Positions 12,704-26,205 are shown, numbered from the stretch's first letter. The stretch: DNA of 64,000 bases from Octopus vulgaris (GCA_951406725.2 OX597820.1:79794001-79858000); one strand, 5' to 3'. Translations and numbers: made by a program. Notes: a model not told the origin generated them from the letters alone.

Positions 12704-13512
12704 TGCGAGGTGGTATCAAAATGTTCGGGGACTAGTCCTATAGCGCACCAACAGATGGTTGCGTGCGCAGTGTGAGCTAGTAATGACCTTCTTGAGGCAG
12801 TGTACCGAGTGATATCGCTGTGTCTACTTCGAAAGTTGTGAAATTGTGTTTTTGTGAACGCGTGTTTGTTGTAGTCTGCGATTTTGTCATGGACAGGAAC
12901 AAAGAGCCAAGGTAAAATTTTGCGTTAAACTTGGGAAGTCTGCTACGGAGACATTGAGCATTTTATGGCGACAAGGAAATAGGTCGGACTCTTCAAAAGT
13001 AGAAGAGCGTGAGCAATCTAGAAGACCTGAAACGAGGGTCACCCTCGGAAATGTGATATTTTGCATCGAGAATTTTTCCTCCAGGACCAGACTGTCAATC
13101 GAGAGTTATACTGTGACGTCTTGAATCGTTTGAAGGAAGACATTCGGTGAAAGTGACCGGATCTGTGGAGCGTGAAGAATTAGATTCTTCATCGAAATCT
13201 CCTCTCTTGGGAGTTTCTCACCAAAAACAACATGGTATCGCTTCTGTAGCTGCCCTATTCGCCAGATTAAGCTGTTCCATTTCTTCCCCAAGGTGAAAAT
13301 GCGAAGACCAAAGGTCACCGTTTTAACTCCGTTGTTGAAATTCCGAGCTTGCGGAAAACGAATTCCAGGCCGAATGTCAAGAGCGGCAGGAACGCCGGGT
13401 CCGGTGTATTGCTGCGCAAGGTATTTCGAAGAAGATGATGTTAAAATTTAGGTAAATAAGTTAATTTTTATTAAACATAACTTTTCCAGAAACCCTTTGA
13501 TACCACATCGTA
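12704..13512 (+). mobile_element. Internally deleted mariner
   Basis: TIRs TGCGAGGTGGTATCAAAA / TTTGATACCACATCGTA; residual KFCVKLGKSATET, PPGPTVNRE.Y and PYSPD motifs. A solo TIR lies at ~10490-10520. Confidence 0.8.
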
Positions 13513-14440
13513 CTTACATATATATAAGCCTACACTTCGATAACCTCATTTATAAATAAAAACATATCTTTAAGCAAACGCATTTACATAGCGTTTCTGT
13601 TTCACAAAGTTGTATCTACAAATATACATTGTACTACACGCTTAGGGGCATGTTAATAACTGTATACGTCGATCAATATTTATGTCGAAATTTTGGTGAA
13701 AATTTATCATAATTTCTTAAATAATCTAATAGAAACGAGTTCATACGAGTTCACAGATATTGTAACGGGAATAATTCTTCTGGAATGTGGGCAAAAAAGG
13801 TTGTTTATATTTGTAAGAGATATAAATAAGACAATAGAAACACAGAAAGAAATGAAAAAGACACCACAGAAATATAGTAAATTATTATAGATATAGGAAG
13901 TTATCATGACATTAGATATCTTTTCGACATAGTACAGCTACATATGAGATGATGCATACAAACATAACCTTTTCTAATCGAACAAAGGTACTAATCGAAC
14001 AAAGCACGAACATACATGATCGATCGATCCATCGATCGATCCATCCATCCGTCCATCCATCCATCCATCTATCCGTCCGTCCGTTCATCCATCCGTCCAT
14101 CCATCCATCCATCCATCCATCCATCCATCCATCCATCCATCCATCCATCCATCCATTCATCCATCCATAAACGTACATAGATTTATCCAATACATACATA
14201 CATACATACATACATACATACATACATACATACATACGTTAATATATACATGTATACTTAATATATACATACATGCATACATCGATATATACACAAATAT
14301 GCAAGAAGTAAATAGATCCCTTTAATTTTCAAATTTCTGATCTAAGCGTTTTAATATGTTTTCAGCGTTGTAGAATTTACAATTTAATTATCCTTTTTCA
14401 TTCCAGGTGCCATTATATTAAACAATTGCGAAGAGTAACC

Positions 14441-15135
14441 ATGCCACGCATAAAAAATTAAGCAGAACTGTCAGATTTTCAAAGAGGTCGTATTGTTGGG
14501 CAATCTGAGGCTGGTCTTAGCCAGCGAAAAATTGCCAAAAATCTTCAAATTTATCTTGCTAACTGTTAATGGAATTATAGTGCAATTCAAAAACCAAGGA
14601 AAAGAATCAACAGATTCTCGTCCTGGCCGACCAGGGCCCTCGGAAAGGAAGCTTCGCTGTTTGAAGAGAATTGTGGAAAACGAACCTCGTTTGAAGGCTT
14701 CTGACACTGCAAAACATCTAGCAGTTAGTTCAAAAACGTGTGTTCCATATCTGCATAAGCTTGGGTATTATGGACGAGCAACTAGAAGAAAACCTCTCCT
14801 TCAACCAATTAATATCATGTAAAGAAAGAAATAGGCTAAGGAGATGTCAGAAAAATCCAGGTCATTTTGGGATAGAGTGATTTTCTCAGATGAATCCAGA
14901 TTTGCATTATTTTCAGACAGTGGATGTGTTTGGGTCTGGAGGCTTCCTAATCAAGAATTTGATTTGAAACGACTACAGCCAATTGTGAAACATGGCGGTA
15001 TTTCTGTAATGGTATGGGGAGATGACGCCAGCAATGGTCGTTCTGAGCTGATCGAATGTGTTGGAACTATAAACTCAAAAAGCTTCCTTGGCATGACATG
15101 AACCCAACTGAAAATCCTTGGAGTATACTAGATAG
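14441..15135 (+). pseudogene. Tc1-like (DD34E) transposase relic
   Basis: [48 protein letters not shown] and DMNPTENPW, with frameshifts. Confidence 0.85.
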
Positions 15136-15340
15136 AGCATACACACACACACACACATATATATATATACATAGCCACTACACATTCTTTATTTTCTCTC
15201 TCTGTTTCTTTCTGTGTTCCTTTCTGTGGAAGATCGTAGGCTCGAAACGTTAAATACTTTTTCCCCTTTTTCCCTTCCCGAGCGTTAAACTAATACATCT
15301 CTTTGTTGTCTACACCACCTGTCTTTTGTTTATTTGTGTG

Positions 15341-15428
<88 letters not shown>

Positions 15429-15429
15429 G

Positions 15430-15482
<53 letters not shown>

Positions 15483-15506
15483 ATTTATACATATGTATAT
15501 ATATGT

Positions 15507-15544
<38 letters not shown>

Positions 15545-15795
15545 TTAAAAATTAAGGGTAAAAATTGATATTAGTCAATTAAAACCAGTGGTCTAGCATA
15601 TTAAAAGAATCCGAAGATTAAAATATTTATATATACCAATTAAGGACTGAACACGAAAAAGTGAACAGTCAACATGCTAGATATAGACGTCAAATCGCCA
15701 TTCTCCACAAAGATTATGTTCTCAAATAAAATAAAATTCAGCACGACCCAAAGCAATAGATAAGACAAAAGAAATATACGAAATGGAATAATCAC

Positions 15796-15857
15796 CTGTG
15801 TACCGAACGGTTTCAGTTATTAATATCACAAGGATATCTGTAACTTCGTCAGCACAG
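15796..15857 (-). ncRNA. Canonical type-I hammerhead ribozyme (inverted copy)
   Basis: Reverse complement of 16259-16320. Confidence 0.85.
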
Positions 15858-16258
15858 TTTGTTGTGCTGAATTTTATTTTATTTGAGAACATAATCTTTG
15901 TGGAGAATGGCGATTTGACGTCTATATCTAGCATGTTGACTGTCCACTTTTTCGTGTTCAGTCCTTAATTGGTATATATAAATATTTTAATCTTCGGATT
16001 CTTTTTAATATGCTAGACCACTGGTTTTAATTGACTAATATCAATTTTTACCCTTAATTTTTAAATATGAAATATATGTTCTTAAACCGATAAATTGACT
16101 GCTGCTAATTATTAGCTGCAGGCTGGTTTTTCGAGTCTCAGCGCGCCAAAAGTAAAGGCATTTGAAAGATACATTCGAACTTAATCGGTTGTACTTTTTG
16201 CATACGAGACTCCGGTATCGTTTTTTCATCTAGTACAGCAAATTATTTTCATAACAAA

Positions 16259-16320
16259 CTGTGCTGACGAAGTTACAGATATCCTTGTGATATTAATAAC
16301 TGAAACCGTTCGGTACACAG
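16259..16320 (+). ncRNA. Canonical type-I hammerhead ribozyme
   Basis: CTGTG-CTGACGA-AGTTA CA GATATC CTTGT GATATT AA TAACT-GAAA-CCG TT CGG-TA-CACAG. All core nucleotides are present; GUA site. Confidence 0.88.
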
Positions 16321-16517
16321 GTGATTATTCCATTTCGTATATTTCTTTTGTCTTATCTATTGCTTTGGGTCGTGCTGAATTTTATTTTATTTGAGAACAT
16401 AATCTTTGTGGAGAATGGCGATTTGACGTCTATATCTAGCATGTTGACTGTCCACTTTTTCGTGTTCAGTCCTTAATTGGTATATATATATACATATGTA
16501 TACATATAACCATGTGA

Positions 16518-16603
<86 letters not shown>

Positions 16604-16757
16604 ATATATGTATGATTGAGTGAACAAATGAAAGAAAGTTGGACTCAATACGTTTTGAAGGAGGTACAGGTATCTTATGATACTCTCTTCAAAGCCCTAA
16701 TGACAAAGACGTGTCCTATGCTCGCGAGATAAGTAATGTAGATCTGAGTCAACCTAT

Positions 16758-16867
<110 letters not shown>

Positions 16868-18302
16868 ATGAATACTGGCATCGCTTCGACAAGCGAGGTT
16901 TCTGCAAGACAGAGCTGCACAAATTGTCGCTGGTCTCTTTATTTGCTCAACAACTTGCACGATGAATATTATTATAATGGACATGACTTCCATAAAGCCA
17001 GTCCCACTCTCTCGTCCTTCAAACTTGTATTGGTCTGATATAATAAGTGCCAAAAGTCCAGTATATATCCGGACGCAGAGTTTGCATGGAGTTACCTTCT
17101 CTTGGATGAGCAACAAAAGTGCTGAAAGGTTTCAGCTGCCCTGGGTCCTTTGGGGTGTTTGTGAAGGACCTTCTTCCGGGGCAATTCCATGATAGGCCGA
17201 TTAAGCCATAGCCGAGATTGTGACTACTTCTGGTCAGAGTAGATCTAGGGACAATAATGGTTAAGAAGTGGTCCAGACTCTTCAAAACCAAAACTCCCGA
17301 ACCAGGGACCCAGCACCAGATGCAGTGCTTGTGTGTGTGTATGTATGTTTAAAGAAGAAAAGAAAGTTTTATCCAAAGAAGTGGCTCAATAGAAATGCTG
17401 ACAACGTTTCGAATTATACAGAAGATAAAGCAAACAAAACAACGCTTTTATGTAAAGTCCAATTGTTTGTAAAAGGATGGAAAGTTCATTAAACTTGTGA
17501 GTAAAAGGTTTAGAAAGAATTTCTGAATTTCGGTAATCCAAACATAATAACGGCATCACTAACAGAAAAACCTAATTGGCACAATGGATTTGTTTTTTCA
17601 AACATAGTTAAATTCAATGAAGAGAGTAATAAAAGATTTAGGCGGACAATCTGAGAATATAATCATATGAGATTACGTTTCCAACAACGGTGTGAAAAGA
17701 GTTATATTTAATAAAGGTGTGGACCTAAGAAATAAGGCAAACATCGAATTTAATTGATAATCTAAACATGATAGTTCTAGCATTTAAGGATTTCATCGTT
17801 GTATGTTGTTTGAATATAAGTTGTCAAGGGGAAATAACAATAACAATAATGATAATAATAAAATTAGAGTAACTACAAAGTTACCATACGGTCAGCAAAG
17901 TTTAATAAAATCGAAAACTTATAGAAAATCAAAAATATATATTGATGAAAGAATGAAAATATCACGAGAAAATAATACTAGGAAAAAAAATATTTATACA
18001 ATTGTAAAATAATACCATTGTTAAGTAAGGGACAGAATGTTTACTACTTAATAGAAAACAAATTATATGTGAATTGAAGCTATTTTGAATGGAATCTATT
18101 TGAAATAATTTATATAATATATATATAATAAAGAGCGGCGAGGTGACAGAATCGTTAGCACGCCGGGTGAAATATTTAGCGGTATTTCGTGTGCCGTTAC
18201 GTCCTGGGTTCAAATTCTGCTGAGGGGTCGATGTAATCGACTTAATCCCTTTGTCTGTCCTTGTTTGTCTCCTCTATGTTTAGCCCCTTATGGGCAATGA
18301 AG

Positions 18303-18353
<51 letters not shown>

Positions 18354-19246
18354 CTTGTATTTGTTTCACTCATTGAACGGCGGCCATATTGGGGGTAGTG
18401 TCTTGAGTGGTTCGATCGGATTAATCGACCCCCAGTATTTATGTTTGTTTTGAAACTGGTACTTATTCTATCGGTCTCTTGCCGAACAGCTATCTAGGGA
18501 GATGTAAACAAAGTAACACCGGTTTTCAAGTAGTGGTGGTAGACAAGTACAAACAGACACATGTAAAGACATACGCACATATCCGTATATATAAATATAT
18601 ACACACACATACACATACATATACGACGAATTTCCACACAGTTTTCGTCTACCAGATTTACCCACAAAATATTGGTCAGCCCGAAGCTGTAGTAGAAGAC
18701 ATCTACTCAAAGGGTAGCAGAGTGGGGCTGACCCCAATGCCACACGGTTACCAAACGAGCTTCTGAACCACACAGCCATGCCTGTGCCTAAAACTATCAC
18801 ATGGCAGCAAATCGCTTATAAAATTGAGAAGCATTACGAAAAATTAAGTCAAGTATTAATTTTCTTGAAGCAAAAGGTGGTTAAACTAAGTAATCATTCA
18901 ACGTGGGAAAAAAATCACTATAAAATGTAGCGTTCAATTTGTAGGCTTCGAAGAATGCAGGTTAACGTTCTTCGAGTATTAATTAACTGTTGAACAAAAG
19001 GAATTGAAATTACTGCTTTAAGGGGAAGACATTTTAGCAGACATGCTATTAGAATCGGAGAAAGAAGGCCAACGTTATAGAGAAGGTTAATTCATGATGA
19101 TAGCTTGAAATACGAAGCTCAAGGAAATGGTTTTAAAAATCGATTCTATGAGCAAAGAAAGATAAGAGACGTAAAACGAAAGATAACTAGTGAATATAGC
19201 GATAAAAATAAAAATGCAAACATATAAATATATATACATGCATAAG

Positions 19247-19316
<70 letters not shown>

Positions 19317-19379
19317 GGTCCCGGGTTGAGTCGGGGTTAACCACAGTAAATAAGGTACTCAATACATAGCAGAGTAAAT

Positions 19380-19535
19380 TAATTTATTTTATAGAAGGAG
19401 CTTCTACAGGACTAGAACTGTTTCATTCAAAAGAAATCATCAGGAAATCATCAGAAATCATCAGGAACTTCCTGATGATTTCTTTTGAATGAAACAATTC
19501 TAGTCCTGTAGAAGCTCCTTCTATAAAATAAATTA
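19380..19535. repeat. 67-bp-arm hairpin containing CTGATGA...GAAAC hammerhead-like cores on both strands
   Basis: Arms 19380-19446 / 19469-19535; the centre has AAATCATCAG slippage copies; helix I is not recoverable. Confidence 0.75.
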
Positions 19536-19608
19536 TATATATAATATATATACATACACACACACATATGTATGTGTATGTATGTATGTATGTATGTATG
19601 TATGTATG

Positions 19609-19640
<32 letters not shown>

Positions 19641-19644
<4 letters not shown>

Positions 19645-20732
19645 AGGTCTGATTAATAAGTATTCAGACTGTTGCCATAGTAACGAAGTTACAGCGCGCA
19701 GAATAAAGCCGCTTGGCAAAGATTGACCTTGAACTCTGCTGTGCATGCGCACTAAGTTTTAACGTTCTAGTTCACTTCCGTTGTTTACAACAGTGCTTGG
19801 CAGATTGGTCTGTAGCGTATGATTGTCGCATTGACCATGACAGAGAAAGTTATCATGACGATACCTGCTCAGAGGATTACGCAAAGTGACAAAAAGTTTA
19901 TGGAGAGGAGTGTATGAGCCGCACAGAAGTTCTGACATTTCCAAGATGGTCAAAAAAATGTTGATATTGACGACCGTTCTAGGAGACCCATAATCAGTAG
20001 AACTAAGAAAAATATCGCAGATATGCATCGCCATCTGTGAATTATCAGAGGACGTGCAGATTAATTACGGTTCAGTTCAGTCCATTATCACTGAAAATTT
20101 GGGTATGAGATGTGTGTCTGCCAAGTTTGTACCAAAATTCCTTTCAGCTGACCAAAAAGACACTCGGGTTTCAGTTGCACAAGATCTTGATTGTGTCGAG
20201 AACGATGAAAACTTTTTGAAAACTTTGCTTAGGCCTCTGAGCAGGTATCGCCAAGCTTTTGGCAAAATCTGATGCAGATTCTCTGTTTAACTTTCTCTAT
20301 CATAATCTATGTGACGATCACACTCTACACACGTTCCTTCTAAGTACTGCTGCAAACAGCGGAAGTGATCTAGAACATTAAAATATAGTGTGCATGCACA
20401 GCAAAATTCAAGGTTAATCTGTGCCAAGCGGCTTTATTCTGCGTGCTTTAGCTTCGTTACTATAGTAGCTTCGTTACTATGGTAATAGTCCGGATACATA
20501 TTGTTTTCTACTCTAGGCACAAGGTCCAAAATTTTGGGGGAGGGACCAGTCGATAAGATCGATGCCAGTACTCAACTGGTACTTTATTTATCGACCCCGA
20601 AAGGATGAAAGGCAAAGTCGACCTCGGCGGAATTTGAACTCAGAATGTAAAGACAGACGAATAACCGCAAAGCATTGCGCCCGGCATGCTAACGTTTCTG
20701 TCAGCTCGGATACATATTGATCCGACCACATA
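19641..20732 (+). mobile_element. Non-autonomous mariner with long (~200 bp) inverted termini
   Basis: The 5' end TACGAGGTCTGATTAATAAGTATTC is mirrored at the 3' end; internal GSVQSIITENLGMRCVSAKFVPKFLS. Confidence 0.8.
20504..20706 (-). mobile_element. Family-A SINE inserted in the mariner 3' TIR with a 13-bp TSD
   Basis: CGGATACATATTG at 20491-20503 and 20707-20719. Confidence 0.85.
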
Positions 20733-20742
20733 TATATATATA

Positions 20743-21296
20743 TACAGGGTGTCCCCAAAATATTGACATCATTTGAAATGTGAATATCCGAGTAACTACA
20801 TGTCCTAGGCAAACAAAATTAAATACGCTTCATGTTGAACAATAAAAGATTTATTTATCAAAATTCGAACAAGAAATTCAGAAAGATTTAGATTTTATAA
20901 TCGACGTTACAAATCTTCACAATTGTTCAATATGCGCTCCGCCTGTGACACGACACATGTCATGTCGGTAGTCCAGCTACTGTCAAACACGTTGTAGCGT
21001 ATCTTCCGTAACATTCTCTAGCACCTCAGTGATTCTCTGTTTGGATTCCTTTAGGCTTGTAGGAAGAGGGGAATATAAAATAGTCCTTTTATATAACCCC
21101 ATAGAAAAAAAAATCACAAGGTGTCAAGTAAGGTGAACGTGATGACCATTTCAACAACACATTGTCATTATCACTGGCATGCTTGATCCAAAATTAGACT
21201 TTACACATTCTGTTAAAATTTGAGATCATTTGAGTGAGAATTGACTACGTTGTTAGACTCCGAAATGATGTCGATATTTTTGGGGCGCCCCGCATA
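20743..21296 (-). mobile_element. ITm-family MITE/relic (rosa/DD41D-like)
   Basis: TIRs TACAGGGTGTCCCCAAAATATTGACATCATT / AATGATGTCGATATTTTTGGGGCGCCCCGCA; minus-strand WSSRSPYLTPCDFF (WPPRSPDLTPCDFF motif). Confidence 0.7.
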
Positions 21297-21403
21297 TAAA
21301 ACTCACCAGTTGTCAAGAGTTGTGCAGTGAGATCAAGCACAGATATATGTATGTACACATATACATATTTACAAATATATCTTTCTGTGTGTGTTGTGTG
21401 TGA

Positions 21404-21490
<87 letters not shown>

Positions 21491-21505
21491 GCTAGCTAGC
21501 TATCT

Positions 21506-21560
<55 letters not shown>

Positions 21561-21845
21561 ACACACAACACACACACATATAACGGGCTTCCACAAAGTG
21601 TGTGTCTGCCAAATCCACTTACATGGCATTATTTGGTCTGAGGCATAGGTGCCACGCAGTGTGGGTCAACCCGAAACTTGGTGGCTGTTATGTGAGCTTT
21701 TTAACTACACACCCACTCCTAAAGAATTTTAAGAAGCTGCTGTGGAAGATTTCTTGCATTCAGTATTGGGACAAATTAAGTCTAAAGGATTTCAATGATT
21801 GGAATATTTCTCTGTAGAGACAAATTAATTCAGAATATTTATTTC

Positions 21846-22058
21846 AAAATGAAACGTACACGCAAGCCTTAAAACGTAAAAATGAGACATAAACGTGAGC
21901 TTTAAAGCGTAAAAATAAGACGTAAGTGAAAGCTTTAAAGCATAAAAGCGAGACGTAAACGCAAGCTTTAGAACGTAAAAATGAGACATAAGTGTAAGCT
22001 TCAAAACGTAAAAATAAGACGCAAAAGGTAAGCTTTAAAGCGTAAAAATGAGACGTAA
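21846..22058. repeat. 33-bp minisatellite, ~6.5 diverged units
   Basis: Consensus ~AAAAATGAGACGTAAnnGyAAGCTTTAAAGCGT repeated head-to-tail. Confidence 0.8.
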
Positions 22059-23335
22059 ATTAATCTTTTATTGGTGCAAAGGTTGCAAGGTTTTTTATTG
22101 TAGCCGAACGGGTTATGGAAAAACTAAATTATCCAGGAATTATTGAAAAAAAAAATGGTTTATTAAGATTCCTTTACACCATATAAATAAGGATAATACA
22201 GGAAGTGACTCATTGAAATTGCTGAATGAATGAATAGGTTGGTGTTAATTTTTTTTTATTTGTAGCATGTTATTACACACAATAGTGGATGGAAGCACTC
22301 CGTCGGTTACGACGACGAGGGTTCCGGTTGATCCGAATCAACGGAACAGCCTGCTCGTGAAATTAACGTGTAAGTGGCTGAGCACTCCACAGACACGTGT
22401 ACCCTTAACGTAGTTCTCGGGGATATTCAGCGTGACACAGAGAGTGACAAGGCCGGCCCCTTGAAATACAGGTACAACAGAAACAGGAAGTAAGAGTGAG
22501 AGAAAGTTGTGGTGAAAGAGTACAGCAGGGATCACCACCGCCATAAATGTTATGCGATGAACTGGCAGAATCGTTAGCACTCCGGGCAAAAATGCTTAGC
22601 GGCAAATTATATGTCTTTACGTTCTGAGTTCAAATTCCGCCGAGGTCGACTTTGTCTTCCATCCTTCCGGGGTCGATAAAATAAGTACCAATTGAGTACT
22701 GGGGTCGATGTAATTGACATACCTCCACACCCGAAACTGCTGGTCTTGTGCGATGTATGCATTTGCCACCTCAGCTCGATCATGCTCGTGACCTCTCCCC
22801 AGTTCTTTACAGTGATGGTGGTGGTGGATTAGGTAATGGCCACGCTCGCCATTTTATTGCTGACGTTGATAGTTGATGTTTTTAGCCTTTTTCTCATTTA
22901 TTGCGGGGAATTCAACTTCATAACTGGAATTAAATACCCGTGCTGTATTGTCATTGTTGCTGGTGTTTGTTGTCACAGCGGTAGCAGTTTGGTCCACTGC
23001 ACTTTCAACTTGGTGAGATTCAAACCTCACTTCTATTTGAGGGTAGAAGGCAGAGAATTCTGAGGTGTCAAAGCTACATCTTACTTCCTCTTCTATGTTT
23101 TTTAGCAAAACTGGCATCACCATGTGTAATCAGAAAATTATTTTTTCCAAACAAAATGAAATTTTTTTCCGGAATTGCGACCCCAGAGGGGCACAAACAA
23201 ACTAACAAACCAAATTTGTGCAATAGCGGTGGTTTTAATAAGCGTATTGTAACAAAATAAATGGTTAACAGCTTTTGGAGACAAATTAAATTATTAAATT
23301 ACGAGCACGAAGAAAACACGCATGCTTCCAGTACA

Positions 23336-23381
<46 letters not shown>

Positions 23382-23385
<4 letters not shown>

Positions 23386-23943
23386 TTATGCCCTGATGCA
23401 GTACCAGGCAGTGGCTCTCGTGGCTTCTGATCTTAACTGATTGGAAGTGTTATCATGTACATTGTTTTGTCTTGGTATAAAAGATGGGCTACAGCAAATA
23501 TTCTGCTCAATACCACAGATTTGCTTGTCAGTTGTTTGACTTTAACCAGTTGAGCATGTACTTTAGTGGCTGACGATATGTGCATCTCTGATCACGAGCA
23601 GAAGTAGTGGGGGAGCATCATAGCCATGTGTTGAGAGGGATTCTTTGGGGTTTGAATAGTTCACCTCTGGAAACATGGGTGGTTCTTTCAACATCCTTAA
23701 ACAACCCTTATTCAGGGACCGTTTGAGCGGGATGGGCTACTCAACCTGAAGAAAATTCTAACTGGGCCCCACCTGCAAGGTCATGTGCTGTTTATCTTGA
23801 TATGAGATCACCATGTCGCGCACATATGGTTGTGATGCATGTGCCTGGTGTACCTTTATCAGACGGGTAGTCATGATGGGTATATTGGGCTTCGTATATT
23901 TTACCCCAGTGTCACTTTGATGGCATGAACTGCTCTCTCACTC
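23382..23943 (+). mobile_element. 560-bp non-coding (AAT)n-flanked retroposon, copy 1
   Basis: Starts ACAATTATGCCCTG and ends GCTCTCTCACTC(AAT)n; at least 7 copies in the window. Confidence 0.8.
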
Positions 23944-23986
<43 letters not shown>

Positions 23987-23990
<4 letters not shown>

Positions 23991-24544
23991 TTATGCCCTG
24001 ATGCAGTACCAGGCAGTGGCTCTCGTGGCTTCTGATCTTAACTGATTGGGAGTGTCATCATGTACATTGTTTTGTCTTGGTATAAAAGATGGGCTACAGC
24101 AAATATTCTGCTCAATACCACAGATTTGCTTGTCAGTTGTTTGACCTTAACCAGTTGAGCATGTACTTTTGTGGCTGACGATATGTGCATCTCTGATCAC
24201 GAGCAGAAGTAGTGGGGGAGCATCATAGCCGTGTGTTGAGAGGGATTCCTTTGGGTTTGAATAATTCACCCCTGGAAACATGGGTGTTTCGGTCATCACC
24301 CTTAAACAAACCTTAATTCAGGGACCTTTTGTGCTGGATGGGTTACTCGACCTGAAGAAAATTCTAACTGAGTCCCATCTGCAAAGTCACGTGCTGTTTA
24401 TCTTAATATGAGATCACCATGTCGCGCACATATGGTTGTGATGCATGTGCCTAGTGTACCCTTATCAGACGGGTAGTCATGATGGGTATACTGGGCTTCG
24501 TATATTTTACCCCAGTGTCACTTTGATTGCATGCACTGCTCTCT

Positions 24545-24547
<3 letters not shown>
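23987..24547 (+). mobile_element. 560-bp (AAT)n retroposon, copy 2 with an (ACT)n tail
   Basis: Diverged neighbour of copy 1; the 3' end is re-duplicated at ~24645-24680. Confidence 0.8.
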
Positions 24548-24594
<47 letters not shown>

Positions 24595-24598
24595 ATAT

Positions 24599-24642
<44 letters not shown>

Positions 24643-25924
24643 GTAGTGTCACTTTGATGGCATGTACCGCTCTCTCGCTCAATAATAATAATCGTAATAG
24701 TAATAATAATAATAAACAACATTAATGAATAAATAAATAAATAAATAAGAGATATAGTTAAGGTCGTATAAAATTACGTTTTCAACAATAACATGAGGAG
24801 AATTATATTTTGTACACACACACAATATAAAGTACACATACATTATATTCTGTACACATACACACGCACACACACACACACACACACACGCACGCACACA
24901 CACACACACACACACAAACACATACATATACAGCTGTTCTATAGTTTACACGCCACTCAGTGTGCATAGCTTCGCTTTTCGTTTTGGTCGAATCTACTTG
25001 TGTTTTAACACATCGTTTAGAGCAGAATCGCTTCATCGCTTGATCGTTTTCATTTCAGTTATATTTTTATTTCCTTTCAGTTCATTTCCATTTCTCTTCT
25101 AAGGTAATTGAGTCAGAGCGAACGATAAAGTATCACTTAAATTTTATGTTTTATATTTTGTTAAATATTTTAGAGATGAAAGTTAGAGTATTTCGTTTCT
25201 GAAACCAAAAGCGACCAAGAAATCAAATTTCTCTTGCTATGAAAACTAAAATACCAAATCAACTTTAAATTGGAAGAGGCCCGTCACAAACTATGAAACA
25301 TTCAAAGCTTGTTTAACCGAAGGGCTATCAAGTTTAAAATATATACATATGCTGTTGAGAAAAAGTTCTGCTATTTTGAATGGATGGTAAAACTGAAAAA
25401 GAATTGTCGTTGGAGAGCTCTACTATACGACAAGAAAGCAATGAGAGATTTTAATCAAATTTACGTTATTGATCAACTCTTACCTAAGTTTTCGGGTTTG
25501 AAAAATCTAAAAATCGAAACTTTCTACAAAATATCAAATTGTATGGCGACTATTGATCAAACGATAAGAGAACGTCAAAATTGGCAAAAATAATAGGTTT
25601 TCGGTTTACAAAAGTAATATTTAATGCTGATAAGATCAGTCTATTTATGAACAAAACTCCAAAGGAAACTTTTGTATAAAAAAAAGTAGATGAGGGTATG
25701 GTTATGTGGTTAAGAAGCTCCCATTCCAACCACGTGGTTTCGGGTTCAATCCCCCTGCTTGTTACTTTGGCATCTTTTAGTATAGTCCCGGGGCTAATCA
25801 ATGCTTTATGAGTGAATTTGGTAGACGGAAACTGTCGAAGCCAATCGTGCATATATTTACAAGTGGATCGTCGGAGATTTTTTTTCCTCCGTCTTCCTTT
25901 TCTCTTGGACTTTCCTCTGTCTCC

Positions 25925-25961
25925 TGTTTCTGAAGAAGAGCTTTGCTCGAAACGTAAAACA
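25925..25961 (+). ncRNA. Minimal type-I hammerhead with intact core
   Basis: TGTTT-CTGAAGA-A-GAGC TTT GCTC-GAAA-CG-TA-AAACA; palindromic ACGT helix III; GUA site. Confidence 0.75.
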
Positions 25962-26063
25962 ACCCTTCTTTCCTTCCTTGAGCGTCTTTTAATACTTTGC
26001 ATGTACCACATCCTCGCGTTGTTGTTTTTTCTTGCTATGTTTCTTCTTAGTTTACTTTTTTTG

Positions 26064-26140
<77 letters not shown>

Positions 26141-26164
26141 AGTATATATATATATGTATGTATG

Positions 26165-26205
<41 letters not shown>

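Larger units (their letters stand above)
15545..16482. mobile_element. Non-coding HHR element: 508-bp tandem unit plus inverted partial copy, in (TA)n
   Basis: Sequence from 15864 recurs at 16372 (period 508). 15545-15863 is the reverse complement of the unit. Confidence 0.85.

Noticed and set aside
16990-17215. LINE AP-endonuclease N-terminus (GLSWNCPG, LLIQE) on the minus strand
   Set aside because: Only two short motifs in different frames; too weak to call.
21846-22058. CRISPR-like periodicity
   Set aside because: The units are contiguous diverged repeats with no unique spacers; the context is eukaryotic with no cas genes.
22854-23123. 89-aa minus-strand ORF as a host exon
   Set aside because: No recognisable domain or clear splice signals; possibly a TE ORF1 relic.
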